Positions 36,076 through 48,296 of a stretch of 64,000 nucleotides of DNA are shown here, piece by piece. Source of the DNA: Squalus acanthias (lineage: Eukaryota); assembly GCA_030390025.1 (NCBI GenBank), contig CM059433.1:12464001-12528000 (forward strand). The letters run 5' to 3'. A model generated the notes under the pieces. That model had not been told where the DNA came from. It worked only from the letters and a program-made list of their open reading frames with translations, and did no database searches. The first letter of the stretch is position 1; each line of letters begins with the position of its first letter. Both the position numbers and the translations under genes were made by a program.

Positions 36076-36372
36076 AATTAAATAAATCTGTTGGACTATA
36101 ACCTGGTGTTGTGCGACTTCTCATTTTAATAAGGGGAGGAAGGCCTGCAGTACCGCGGCCTGCACGTAGCGCCGCGATATTGGCTCGCAGCGCCCCAAGA
36201 GGGACGCGGGGCGCTTCCAGTAGCGCCCCTCCTCCATCTTGGGGCGTTACCTGGGAAAATCGGCCGCGGGGGCGCTAACTTTTTCGGGGCGCTAAAATTA
36301 GCGCCCTGGCGAAGGTAGCGCCTACGCAATTTTTACCCCCAGGTGTGGTCTCACCAGGACCCTATACTTTGA

Positions 36373-37500
36373 CCCTTACAAGACTTTGGAGATGGCACAC
36401 TGCAGATTCATTAAGATGCTGCCTGGAATGAGGAAATATAAGTAAGAAGAAAGACTTGAGAAATCGGGTCTTTCTTCTTTAGAGTAATGCAGATCATCGG
36501 GAGATATGATAGAAGTGTTTAAAATTATGAAAGGATCAAAGAAGCAGACTGTTTCCTGTGGTTGAGGGGTCAAAAACGAGGGGCCCTAGATACAAGGTTG
36601 AATGTAAGAGATTTGGAACAGAGGGCAGGAGAAACTTCTTCACACAGAGAGTGGTGAGGAGGTGGAATTCGCTTCCAGGGTTAGTGGTTGAGACAGAATC
36701 TATGAGGGAGGAATTGGTCCCCAACGCACCTGTTATTTGGACACCAAAGTCATGTTGTGGGAGGACCAATTTCCAGGTGTGATCTTGCCATGCCCGATCC
36801 CCCCCGCCGCCCCCCCCCCCCCCCGCCACAGAAGTAAGTAGGCTGCCAATTTGGCAGCCGGCAACTTCTGAGTACCTGGACCACCTGCCTAAAACAGGTG
36901 TTAGGCCCCCTCAGTAGGCTAATCAGGGGCCTAACGTCTTCTTTTAGGACCCCTCCTGTCAATTTCGGCGGAGAATGCGCAACGTGGTCCTTAAAGGGAC
37001 TGCTGGAGACTGCCGAAGAACAGGCAAGTTGCTTAGATCTTATTTACTTCAGTGTGGATCGGGAGGAGCTATACTGCGAGCTGCTGTTGGCCACCACTTG
37101 CCCCACTCCGTTTGCCTACCACCTCCCCCCCCCCCACCCCACCCCGGTACGACTTATCCGTAGGCCGCCTCTGCGTCCGTGCTGGCCGGTTTTTGGGACG
37201 GTCCCGATGCAGCTCGCCAGTGTTATAGAAATGAGGCCCAAGGCCCAATTTGGAGTGAGCCTTGAACCTCCATCTTTGGTTCCAGATGTGCCGCTCACTT
37301 TGCGGCAGGAACCGAGGCAAAAGCAATTTCTTCCCCAGTGTCGACAGTCAAGATTAGGTTGGATAGTTGGATGAAGGAAAAGGGGTTCAAGGGAAATGGG
37401 AACACGGTGGGTAAATGTGAGATTCGCTTGCACAGAGGACCAATGCCGACACAGACTGGTTGAGCCGAATGGGCTGTTCTCACGTTGTAACTTCTACGTA
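36373..37500 (+). mobile_element. CR1 3' end split by a TIR element (~36705-37336)
   Basis: GRRNFFTQRVVRRWNSLP..VETES, resuming at tcgacagtcaagattagg; insert ends agggaggaattg / caatttcttcccc. Confidence 0.7.
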
Positions 37501-39149
37501 TTTCTGTTTCTGTGTTTCCGGAGATGTGAAATCTGTGTATATCTGAGTGCCACCGTGACCCTACAAGCAGCATGACCCATTCAGCCGTTTGAAAAAGATA
37601 TGCTTTTTAAGTGAGAATGCAAATCTGTACTGCATTTTTTGGTAGCGCCACATTACTTTGTTATGCCCTAGTGAGTGGATCCGGCACAACTAGCTTTCTG
37701 CTTCAGGGCTCGTGAGTTATTTGGTCCTGCTCACTTATGCAAGAAGCTCTGTGTTAGCAGCTTATCGTGGAACATCCTAGATACATACTGAATTAGGTTT
37801 TCACATTACCCTCCCTCAGTCCTTAGTGCCGTATGACTACCGTGAGTTTTTCTCAGCTTCTGACTGGGTTCCAATAAACATTTCAAATTCTCCTGCTGTG
37901 CATTATCATTCCTGGGGATGTTAAATCTTGATGGATTTCTTCAGCATCTGTTTTAAAGGTAGGTTAATTGTGGGTTACTTTTTCTGCATTAGGGGGGGCA
38001 GCGCATTTATTTTGTTTTTAAATGCATTCCAGTTGAATTAATGGTGGGTCTCTCATTTGTGTGCCAGCCAGGGGGAAGGGTAGGGGGAGGTAGTGGAGAG
38101 GGAGATGCACCTATTCCCAGATGGTAGAACGTTTTTTTGTTCTTTAATAGCCTCTTGATGTTGCACCATATGGAGCAATTCTGTTGCAGTAAATACGACG
38201 AATTTACTTTCTCTGCCATACTGCACATGTCTGCTATACCCAGCGGAACCGTGTCTGGGCAAACAAGTGGACTCTGGGCTCTTGACTACAGCAATGAATG
38301 GGGTGTTGGAAAAGAGATGGGAGTTTAAGGCAGAGATATCGTGCTGTCTGCAGCCACTGGCTCAAAACCACTTGGTGCTCTTGTGACCGGCTGACAGCAC
38401 AATACTGGGGTTAACTGGGCCCAAGACATTTGATTAATGAGGAGATTTGACATTAGCGAAGGAGACACGAGGGTGGATTCTCCCAGGCCCTGTGCCACCC
38501 GCGGTGCCCCACGCGCAGTCAGTGTAAGCCCTGGAATAGGCAGTGTGCCCGATTTTACGAGGCGTGAGTTGGAGGAGTTGAAGGAGACTGCACATTTGGC
38601 CTGCACAAGCTTCACATAAATATGTAAATGAAGGCTTTCAGCTCCCAACCACAGCATCAGCCTTGTCCATAAATACTGGGCGCTTCCTTGCTCGAGCAGG
38701 GAAAACCTGTTTAGTCGGCCTTCTTAAAGCTAGTTTGTTGCTTTTTATCCTGCATTTGGAAATAGGATTGTTTTTTGCGAATAGCATTTTGAAGATTAAT
38801 CATTGTGCGCCTAAAGGGACGGGCAATAAATGCTGGCCTTGCCAGCGATGCCCACATCCCATAAACAAATAAAATATTTATATATCTTTTGGGGTCCCTA
38901 TTGCTGACGTTCTGTACAATCCTCACTTTTGCTTTGCTGCACTTCTGTTTAAGGTACTAACTATCTGCTGCAGTCAAAGTACAATTTAGGAAGGTTGGTA
39001 GGATGATCCTAGCTGCATCAACACCCATATTGCTCCTTGAATTGGATGAGCAAGACCACTTCATGATGGGGCATTATTTGCAGACCCAAATGACCTCAGT
39101 AGCTAAGTGTACAGATCATGCCACTCCTACCTGGACAGCTCAGCTGAAA

Positions 39150-40830
39150 CCTGTCTTCAGCACCACTGCTTCATGGCAGATGCAGCAAACCTGATTCACA
39201 GATCACATAAAGGACTGGGACAATCTGTGGCTGAGATAGTCACAGCGACACTAGGCTCCTATGCCACAGGATTCCTCCGGACCACGTCAGCCAAACGAGC
39301 CGACATTGCAGTTCATTCCTGCATCGGGCAAGTGGCTGATACCATGTTCTCTGGTGAAACAACTTTATCACTTTCCCAGAGGAAAGGAGCAAGCAACCGG
39401 AGAAGGCACAGAACCGTTACCAGCTAGCAAGAGTCCACAGCGTCAGAGAGGAAATGCATGTGGCCATATCACACCACAAACCCAATGCATACATGGATAT
39501 TTAGGGGGAAAAATGTGGTTGCTTTGCGCCTCATGTTAGCGCCCTAAGGGGGCGCTAATGGAGCGCAAAGCAACTAGCGCCCGGGCGTGGCGATGTTTGC
39601 GTCACTCGCGAAATTGACCAGACATTTTGCGGCGGCGCTAAACACTACCGCCACGATCTCCTGCATCCGCAGATCGTGACGTCAGTCGAGCGTGCAACGC
39701 CCCGGTAGCACCCCGGACCAGATATTGAGTGGCGCCCCTGCCTTAGCGCCTGCCTGCCGCTAGCATCGACAGATTAAGGGGAACATTTTGCAGTTGGGAA
39801 GGGACTGGGGGAGTGCTATTTAAAGGTGGCCGCTTCCTGCCTTTTTTTGTCGGTGACATTTTTGCACCACGCATTCTGAGAGAGAGAGAGAGACTTCTGG
39901 AGAGATTCAATGCTGTGTGAAGGAGTTTTGGGTACTGAGCAGCACTTTGCAGGTTCATTTTGATTTGACCTTCCTTGCATCGATTTAGAAGAGACTGTGG
40001 GGGCTGCACTCTGAGCTCTTTCCCTGGGCCTCTCCATTGTTTTTTCCAGCAGATTTGATGTACAGGTCTCTCCAGGCCGAGATTCAAGGCTGCAATGAGC
40101 ATGGTGTGGATGGAGAGCAAGATCGACCCTCCCCTTTAAGAACTGGCCGGCGCCTAGTGTGTCTGTGTTCCATTGCTGACTGACATCACATGAGCTTCGC
40201 CAGCGCTCTGAGGTAGCGCCTCGCTCCTTGGCGTTAGTGCCTTAAGAGAGGTGTGTAGTGCCTGATTTAGCGCTTCAATCACCTCCGGGGCGATAGAAGC
40301 CAAGATTGCAGTCGGAGGCGATAATTAGTGCCAGGCGCTAAACTTTGCGCCCGGCCGATAATTGCGCCCCAAATGGGGCGATACTGAATTTCTCCCCCTT
40401 AGTGCGCTCCCATTCCACCAATGTGCAGGTGTTTTCCAATCACAGCAATGTCATCCTGCATATTAATACCTGTTATCCAGGGAGCGCCCACAATGCTTCA
40501 GCCGTCCACAGTGCCTGCGTTGTTTAAAAGTGGTGACAGATGTACGGATGACTCTTGGGAGACCTCTTGTAAAGATGGTTCCTGACTGCATTTAGGAAAC
40601 CCCACACAGCAGCAAATTGCAGACACAACGATTCCCACCCGAGCCACATGATGGGGACGCTGAGGCAACAGTTCCGTGTTGTAAAACTGCTCTGGTGTGT
40701 TTGCTGGTATCCAGTCCAGCCGAAGGCTCCCAAATCCTGATGGTCTGCTGCATTCTGTACAATTATGCTGTACAAACAAGGATGAGCGTCCAGCGGTAGG
40801 ATGAGGAGGGCAATAGAGCAGCAAGCCCAC
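39150..40830 (+). pseudogene. Old decayed Harbinger transposase, split by the MITE at 39504
   Basis: LGSYATGF..IAVHSCIGQVADTMF before the MITE; NVQV..INTCYPGSAHNA and VCCILYNYA after it. Confidence 0.6.
39504..40398. mobile_element. Harbinger MITE, 895 bp (copy 2)
   Basis: TIRs GGGGGAAAAAT.. / GAATTTCTCCCCC; canonical TTA TSD at 39501-39503 and 40399-40401. Confidence 0.92.
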
Positions 40831-42154
40831 ATGAAGAGGGGAATGAGGAGGTAGGGAGAGTGCGTCTGGCCTTGCCTTGCTATGGAACAGCCCTGAATAT
40901 GGCTGTGCTGATGCCGCTTTCTCCATCCAACATTGCATTTGAACAAATCTGTCCTACAGCACTGCAGTGGTGTCTGAGCTGCTCTATTGTACAGTCTCAG
41001 ACAAGTGCGGCCCATGGCAAAAACGAATGCCCTGTGCTCTTGCATGAACTAGTGTCTGACGGCAGGCCCTGGTAGAACATCAATCCCTTGCCCATGTTGT
41101 GGGGACTCTACTTGCTCCTCCTCGCTTGTGAAATATTTGCTTCACCCAGTGCTCTTTCCTGAAACTCACTAATTTTCAACAGCTGGACCACTGCCAGGTA
41201 CAGGAGGAATGTTTGACTCAACCTGATATGATACAAGTGAAACCTGGCAATGTTTCCGTTTAGCTGCGCGGCTGCACAGCTGTCCGAAGCCCCCGCGCAG
41301 GCCGTTTGCCGTTTCTCAATGGAAAAACCGTGCATGCACGGAAGTTTGAATGGGCCGCGCAGCCCCTTAAAGGGACGCACACCCAAAAATAAAAATTACA
41401 GGGGACATTGCCTGCCATCACTGTATCTTGGAACTTCATCTTGGGAAGAACCTACGGGAAGAGAAAAATGACAGCCAGTTATGATGCAATCACAAGACAA
41501 TGGCCGGGTCGGGAGGGAAATTTGAAAAACCTTGGAGCGGGTCAAGAACCCGCCGTCTTCCCGCCCCCACACGCCTTTCCCTCGGGTGTGTTTGCCAGTG
41601 CGTCAGCGACTCAAATGGCAGAGGCGGCCGAGGTAATTGAGATCATTATGAGGTACTTGTCAGACACTTAACTGTATTTTTAACCCTACCTTTCAAATTT
41701 CCCTGGATGAGCTCGGGAATCACGCAGCTCAGGAACCACGTCTGTGAACCTGAGGCCATTGATGCACCTCATTAGTGCACAGCATAAAAAGTACAATAAT
41801 AACTCCCACCTGATAGCTGGTCACTTTCCTAAAGTAAATGCTGTTGCTGAGTGCATTGTCAGCACAGATTTAGCTTTCTCGACGTTGCAAGTGTCGGGAT
41901 CCACTGTCACCTCATTGGTAGAACCTACCACACCATTGACAGATTGCTCCTGTCATCTCTACTTGACCTGCCATCTATTACATCAGAATGGGTGCTGTTT
42001 ATACTGTCTCACCTTGGTCCTCAGATTCAGACTTCCCTGCTAGCAAGGAGCTGGAGAGTGCTTTGCTGCACAGCAGTGGGGCCATGAGGACCCACATCTA
42101 CGTTGACATCCCTCCTAGAGAGGAGGATTATGAGCGTCTGCCATTTATTCTCCA

Positions 42155-43583
42155 TAGAGACCATGTGCTCCTGTGAGTGGCGCATCAGCTGCTCCATGCA
42201 GGTGGCCATCCTATCCATGGAGGAGCCTACAGTCGCCATTGCCTGCGACACATTGCTGCTCATGTTGGAGATGGACTCCTCCATTCTCTGCACATTTGCA
42301 GACATCGCGCTCGCAAAACCTGTCAAAGTCTCCTGCACTTCTTGCTGCACCTCCAGGATCACCCTCTTTCTGGATGGCCCCCGAGATTTGGCATCTGCAT
42401 ACAGCTGAGCAGAGCTTGGACCGTCCTGCGCCCTCCAGCGAGGAGTCTCCACTGCTGTCCCTGTCTCCACCATCTGCTCTTTCTCACTTGTGAGTTGTGA
42501 GACACCAGGTGACAACACTACTCTATCTCGTGTGGGACCCACCGAGGTTTGAGTATCTGCGCTGGTGCTGGGTGCGCTTATGTCTGGTGACGGTGTGCCC
42601 TCAGAGGCTGGAGGCTCCTCTGAGGAGTCGTCTTGTTCTTCCTCCTGGACAGTGGGGGGGGGGGGGGGGGCGGTGGTGGAGGGGCTCTTGATGGACCTGT
42701 GGGAGAGTAAAGAGATGAGTTAGATATGTCATATCAAGAATGGGTACAGATACCATTATGTACATGATGAAAATTCACTGGCTGCTGACATCAGTCCCCA
42801 TATGAGTGACTGCTGTATGCCATGTGGCTGTATGAGATGTAATTCTGTCACCAGGTTGCTGAGCTGTCCCCCTCTCTCTGTCTGCCACCTCCAGCTGGTC
42901 TGTGACTCCAGACACTTCCAAGGCAACCTCCTCTGCTGCTGTTAAGGTGGCCACTGATGAAGGGCCACCTCCAGTTCTCTCCCTCTCTCCCTTATTGTGG
43001 GCTCTCTTTTCCTGCAAGGAGGGAAAGAAGAGAAGGTTGAGTGAGCGTGATGGAATGAGTGTAAGGAATGGATGGGTTACATCTGTAGAGGGTGACTATG
43101 ATGGAGTGGGGTGCCAATGCCAAGTGGCCTCCTTGTGTGTTGTTAGTTGGTATGATTGCAGTTGGTGTGAGGGGTGTTTAGTCATATGGGGATGTGATAA
43201 TGTAGATAGAGAGAGAGGGATGGGTGGGTGTGCAAGGTATGTTGGTGTGAGTAAGGACGTGCAGGAGCAGGGTTGGGGAGATAGAGTGATGGGGATTTAA
43301 TGAGAGGCACAGCAGGATGAAGTGAGTGTGACTTTGCACTCACCTTTCCTGGTCTAATGAGATCATTGAAACATTTGCGGCACTGCACCCAGGTCCTCCT
43401 GACCACATCCCTGCTGTTGACTTCCTCGGCTATTTGGAGCCAGGCTCCTTTGGTCTGTTGGGATGGTCTCTTCCGCCCACTGGCAGGGAAGAGGACCTCC
43501 CTATGTGCTCTCACTCCCTCCACAAGTATATGGAGGGAGTCATCTGAGAACCTGGGTGCAGCCCTCTGCCTCTGTGCAGTCAT
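42155..43583 (-). pseudogene. Myb/SANT-like gene of a second Harbinger family, exons 43583-43344, 43011-42852 and 42696 to ~42155
   Basis: MTAQRQRAAPRFSDDSLHILVEGV..AWLQIAEEV..RTWVQCRKCFNDL; GT/AG sites; a G17 tract frameshifts exon 3. Lies in a deleted element ~41500-43860. Confidence 0.8.
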
Positions 43584-43889
43584 GCTTAAAAATCTTTCCA
43601 ACACTCCAATGGTGCAGTGCAGTGCCTGCACTATCCTAGATGAACCTTCAAATGCAATGTGGCCATGGCTCCTTCAAATATCCCGGCTGAAGACGCATCA
43701 TCGATGATGTCATCAGACCCGCACCATTTAATTGGGCGGCCTTAATAGGCGCCATTAATGGAAAGTCGATCTTAGGAGCGGGATGAAATGAAGAACGGGG
43801 TTGCGACCCGCCACGGCAACCGCCCACACCCGACCCGCCCACGCACAGAGAATTCCGGCCACTGCCTTCAGAGAGAGGTAAGAGCATAA

Positions 43890-44073
43890 GGCCCCTGAAA
43901 TTCTGCAAGGGTTCACCTGATCTCCCACCATAACTATGGTAGGACAGCAGCGCAGCTCCCAGGGAAAGGGCGTAAATGGCAGCCGTTGACAACATTTCTC
44001 TGGGTATTTCCTGGGTCTCCTGCTGAAGTTACAGCAGTTGACTGGGAGGAACTCCTGCGGAATTTCAGGGCCC
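43890..44073. mobile_element. Small MITE
   Basis: Inverted ends ggcccctgaaattctgca / tgcggaatttcagggccc; TSD not clear. Confidence 0.55.
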
Positions 44074-44091
44074 ATCGTATTTTGCACTTGA

Positions 44092-44601
44092 TACGAACAT
44101 ACGAACATTAGGCGCAGGAGTAGGCCACTCGGCCCTTCGAGCCTGCTCCGCCATTCGATAAGATCATGGCTGATCCAATTACTCCACATTCCCACCTACC
44201 CCCGATAACTTTTCACCCCCTTGCTTACCAAGAATCTATCTACCTCTGCCTTAAAAATATTCAAAGACTCTGCTTCCACTGCCCTCTGAGGAATCACAGA
44301 ATCCCCACAGTGCAGATAGAGGCCATTTCGGCCCATCGAGCCTGCACCGACACATATCCCACCCATTTAATCCCCCTAACACTAAGGGTCAATTTATCAT
44401 AGCCAAATCAACCTAACCCGCACATCTTTGGACTGTGGGAGGAAACCGGAGCACCCGGAGGAAACCCACGCAGACACGGGGAGAATGTGCAAACTCCACA
44501 CAGACAGTCACCCGTGGCCGGATTCGAACCCGGGTCCCTGGCGCTGTGAGGCAACAGTGCTAACCACTATGCCACCGTGTTGCCCGAAGAGAGTTCCAAA
44601 G
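44092..44601 (-). mobile_element. CR1 3' end with an HE1-like V-SINE (44291-44585) inserted
   Basis: gccctctgag|SINE|gaagagagttccaaag rejoins to CR1; the SINE matches the 14471 copy. Confidence 0.85.
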
Positions 44602-44958
44602 ATACAGCTGCTTCGCTTGTGTAGCCCCAAAGTTGGAAGAAGACAGGGAGTGTGGAGAAGATTGCAAAAAAAGGAGGATATTTGCTGGTTGGTGGCATCA
44701 CCAAGCATAGTGTCACCAGTGCCTTTAACTGTTCAGGAACAGAATGACGGCTATCTCTTGTGGATGAGTTCTTTCAGGATTGCAGGGCTCCTATCTGTCA
44801 ATGTCCTCTCCGGGTGGTTTTACACAGCAAGAAGAATACAATGAAGAACAGTAAAGGAACTCGTACAGCACCCCAAACAATACCCTATGATTATAACACC
44901 TCCATTCTGGGACCAATGCTTTGTGAAGGGGATAGTATAAATCTTTGTGATGGTAGTA

Positions 44959-45322
44959 CAGGAAACTCTCTTTTAACCGGCACCCAAATAACCGGAAATC
45001 TCTCTTAACCGGCAAAATTCTTGAGTAGGTAACCGGGGTTTTCCTTCATCTCTCCTTTAAAAATAACTGTAAAAAAAACCCCGAGGCGTTTGCCTTGTAT
45101 CGGAGCATGTAGATTGGGAGGGGAATGTGCAGCCTGGGTAGGCAGTGGACACGACAGATGGTCAGCTGGCGGTCCCCGGGGAGACGGAGCTCCAAATGCA
45201 GGCGCATGTCAGTGTGTACGGGGCTCTCGTACGTTGGGAGATATAACTCTCCATTATCCGGACTTTTTGATTAACCGGCACCACGCCGGTCCCGTCGGTG
45301 CCGGTTAATAAAGAGTTTCCTG
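44959..45322. mobile_element. pogo/Tigger-like (Tc1/mariner superfamily) MITE, 364 bp
   Basis: 25-bp TIRs CAGGAAACTCTCTTTTAACCGGCAC / rc CAGGAAACTCTTTATTAACCGGCAC; TA on both flanks. Confidence 0.85.
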
Positions 45323-45549
45323 TACTAAGTGGGACCAGAACTTATAAATACTGTGTGAAAGGTGTTTGGGTATCCCACTATAAATGTGCCCAGATCCTTT
45401 CTATTGCTGCTGCCTTTGCAGGATGTGTCCCAAGAATGGCCACCCTCTCTTGCTCTATCTCCTGCAGCAGGACCTCCAGGGCTTTGTCACTGAAAGGGGA
45501 AGTTATGCCCATATTGCCACCTTCCAACTCGTCTGTCACTGAGCAAATG

Positions 45550-46250
45550 CCACCATCACCGAATCCCCCACCATCAACATCCTGGGGGTCACCATTGACC
45601 AGAAACTTAACTGGACCAGCCACATAAATACTGTGGCAACAAGAGCAGGTCAGAGGCTAGGTATTCTGCAGCGAGTGTCTCACCTCCTGACTCCCCAAAG
45701 ACTTTCCACCATCTGCAAGGCACAAGTCAGGAGTGTGATGGAATACTCTCCACTTGCCTGGATGAGTGCAGCTCCAACAACACTCAAGAAGCTCGACACC
45801 ATCCAGGACAAAGCAGCCCACTTGATTGGCACCCCCCTCTACCACCTTAAACATCCACTCCCTCCACCACCAGCATACCATGGCTGCAGTGTGTACCATC
45901 TACAAGATGCACTGCAGCAACTCGTCAAGGCTTCTTCGGCAGCACCTCCCAAACCCGCGACCTCTTCCACCTAGAAGGACAAGGGCAGCAGGCGTATGGG
46001 AACACCACCACCTCCAAGTTCCCCTCCAAGTCACACATCATCCTGACTTAGAAGTATATCGCCGTTCCTTCATCGTCGCTGGGTCAAAATCCTGGAACTC
46101 ACTATCTAACAGCGCTGTGGGAGTACCTTCACCACACGGACTGCAGCGGCTGAAGAAGGCGGCTCACCACCACCTTCTCAAGGGCAACTAGGGATGGGCA
46201 ATAAATGCTGGCCTTGCCAGCGACGCACACATCCCATAAAAACAAATTTT
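45550..46250 (+). mobile_element. CR1-group (T1/Zenon-like) LINE 3' end
   Basis: KAQVRSVMEYSPLAWMSAA..LDTIQDKA; 3' hairpin gggatgggcaataaatgctggccttgccagcgacgcacacatccc with an A-rich tail. Clade assignment tentative. Confidence 0.75.
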
Positions 46251-47526
46251 TAAAAAATGGTGTGAAAAAATGCATCTCCCCTTTAAGGGCAAACATTCTC
46301 CCTTCAAGTGATAGTTGCTGGATAGATTTTGCCACTGGCAGTCAGTCAGGTTTCAGGATTGACTCCCTTTGCATGCTTTAAGTACCCAAGGAGCCAAAGC
46401 AAATAACGGCTTTATTAGGAATTACGAACAACACAGCTTTACATTGAAGGTTTTTCAAGATTTCCCTCCTTTCACATTGATCACTAAGGTAATTGCCATG
46501 GTGATGAAAGAAAGGGTCAGTGATCATTACAACACTAAACCATCAGAGGAAACTATGGTTTTCACACCTCCTATACTGGAGATCTCACCGAAGTGAGTTG
46601 CTCTCCAGAAAGGGAAATAATTTTGGCACAGTGCACAGCTAGCTTAAAAAGGGAAGGCAAAATTCACAATAGGCGTAGTCGGTATCATGTTGTTGCACTA
46701 TTAGACAACAGTTGCTTAATTTTTACTTTGGGCGAGTGTAAAACGGCCAAAATCAATTCAGCCTCCCATTATAAATCCCCCCCCTGATTTCATTTCCATT
46801 GAAGGCAATAGAAAATTGGGAGAGCTGCATAACGGGCAGCTGAATCAATGTTGCCTGTGTTACGCTATCGCCCTGTCAGTGCTGAACAGACCCGACACGC
46901 AGCGGCGGAGGAGGCAATTTAGATCATTAGCTGGATTGTTAAGAGGCAATTAAGTATTATTTTAAGCTTACCTTTAGATTATTAGAGTTAAACCAAAGGC
47001 TTCACCGCTGCTCGGGGATCACGTCAGGTAAGGAGGTCGGGTGTTGTGTCAGCATGGGATGATTTACTAACTTGACAGCTGCAAATAGTCTATATTTCAT
47101 AGGTCTTCACTTTCCAAGGTTAGAAGCTGTTGCTTACTGTATTTGGAAGACAGATTGAGCTTTATGCAGCTTGCAAGTGTTTGGAGCAAACTCTCTATCC
47201 ACTGTCACCTCATTGGAACAACCTCTCTCACCACTGACAGATCGCTCCTGTCATCTCGACTTCACCTGCCATCTATTATATCAGCCCTTGAAACTATCTC
47301 ACCTTGGTCCTCAGAATCCCACCATGATCAGCCCCAACACCAGCATCACCAGGCACACCAGCAGCACCAACACCACCAACCTTCTCCGCAATCAACTGAT
47401 GCTGCACAGGACACAGGGCATCAGCACCCGACCACATTGCTGCCCGGGATGCCAGGGAATGGCCTCATCATGGCTAAGTTTACTTCACTTGACGCTGTAC
47501 ACCCTGGCTGCCACATGATGCGCCAG

Positions 47527-48195
47527 GTTACATTAGCTATCCTCCAATCCATGGGAACTGTTCCAGAGTCTATAGAATTTTGGAAGATGACCAGCAATGC
47601 ATCTACTATTTCTAGGGCCACTTCCTTAAGTACCCTAGGATGTAGATTATCAGGCCCTGGGGATTTATCGGCCTTCAATCCCGTCAATTTCCCTAACACC
47701 ATTTCCCTACAAATACTGATTTCATTCAATTCCTCCCTCTCATTAGACCCTATGTTCCCTGACATCTCTGGGAGGTTATTTGTGTCCTCCTTTGTGAAGA
47801 CAGAACCAAAGTATGTATTTAATTGGTCTGCCATTTCTTTGTTCCCCATTATAAATTCCCCTGATTCTGACTGCAAGGGACCTACACTTGACTTCACCAA
47901 TCTTTTTCTCTTCACATATCTATAGAAGCTTTTACAGTCAGTTTTTATGTTCCCTGCAAGCTTACTCTCACAATCTATTTCCCCCCTCTTAATTAATCCC
48001 TTTGTCCTCCTTTGCTGAATCCTGAACTGCTCCCAATCCTCAGGTTTGCTGCTTTTTCTGGCCAAATTATATGTCCTTGGATCTTATGCTATCCCTAATT
48101 TCCCTTGTTAGCCACGGTTGAGTCACCGTTTTTGTTTTATTTTTATGCCAAACAGGGATGAACAAATTCTGTAGTTCATCCATGCGATCTTTAAA
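47527..48195 (-). mobile_element. CR1 ORF2 internal fragment
   Basis: KSFYRYVKRKR..KADKSPGPDNLHPRVLKE..DWRIANVT. Confidence 0.9.
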
Positions 48196-48296
48196 CGTTT
48201 CGTGATCTACTGAGATCATTGAAAGATTTGTGCCACTGCAGCCTGGTCCTCCTGACGACATCACTGCTTGTGCCCTCCTGTGCAATGTGCAACCAG

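Larger units (their letters stand above)
33828..36124. mobile_element. Penelope-like element (Neptune-type), 5'-truncated with a long inverted duplication
   Basis: Arms 33869-34747 vs 35250-36127 are near-identical inverted; tttaataagggga direct repeat at 33815-33827 and 36125-36137. Confidence 0.93.
29620..36339. mobile_element. Harbinger MITE (~0.65 kb of own sequence) carrying nested CR1 and PLE insertions
   Basis: TIRs GGGGGCTAAATTC / CAATTTTTACCCC; TSD TAG/CAG. Own sequence 29620-29872, 33635-33827 and 36125-36339. Confidence 0.8.

Noticed and set aside
42654..42670. G17 tract as a regulated frameshift in the Myb gene
   Set aside because: The element is internally deleted; homopolymer slippage or sequencing error is the simpler explanation.
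47143..47925. 260-aa ORF as a host gene
   Set aside because: Chimeric: Harbinger fragment plus antisense CR1 across a deletion junction.
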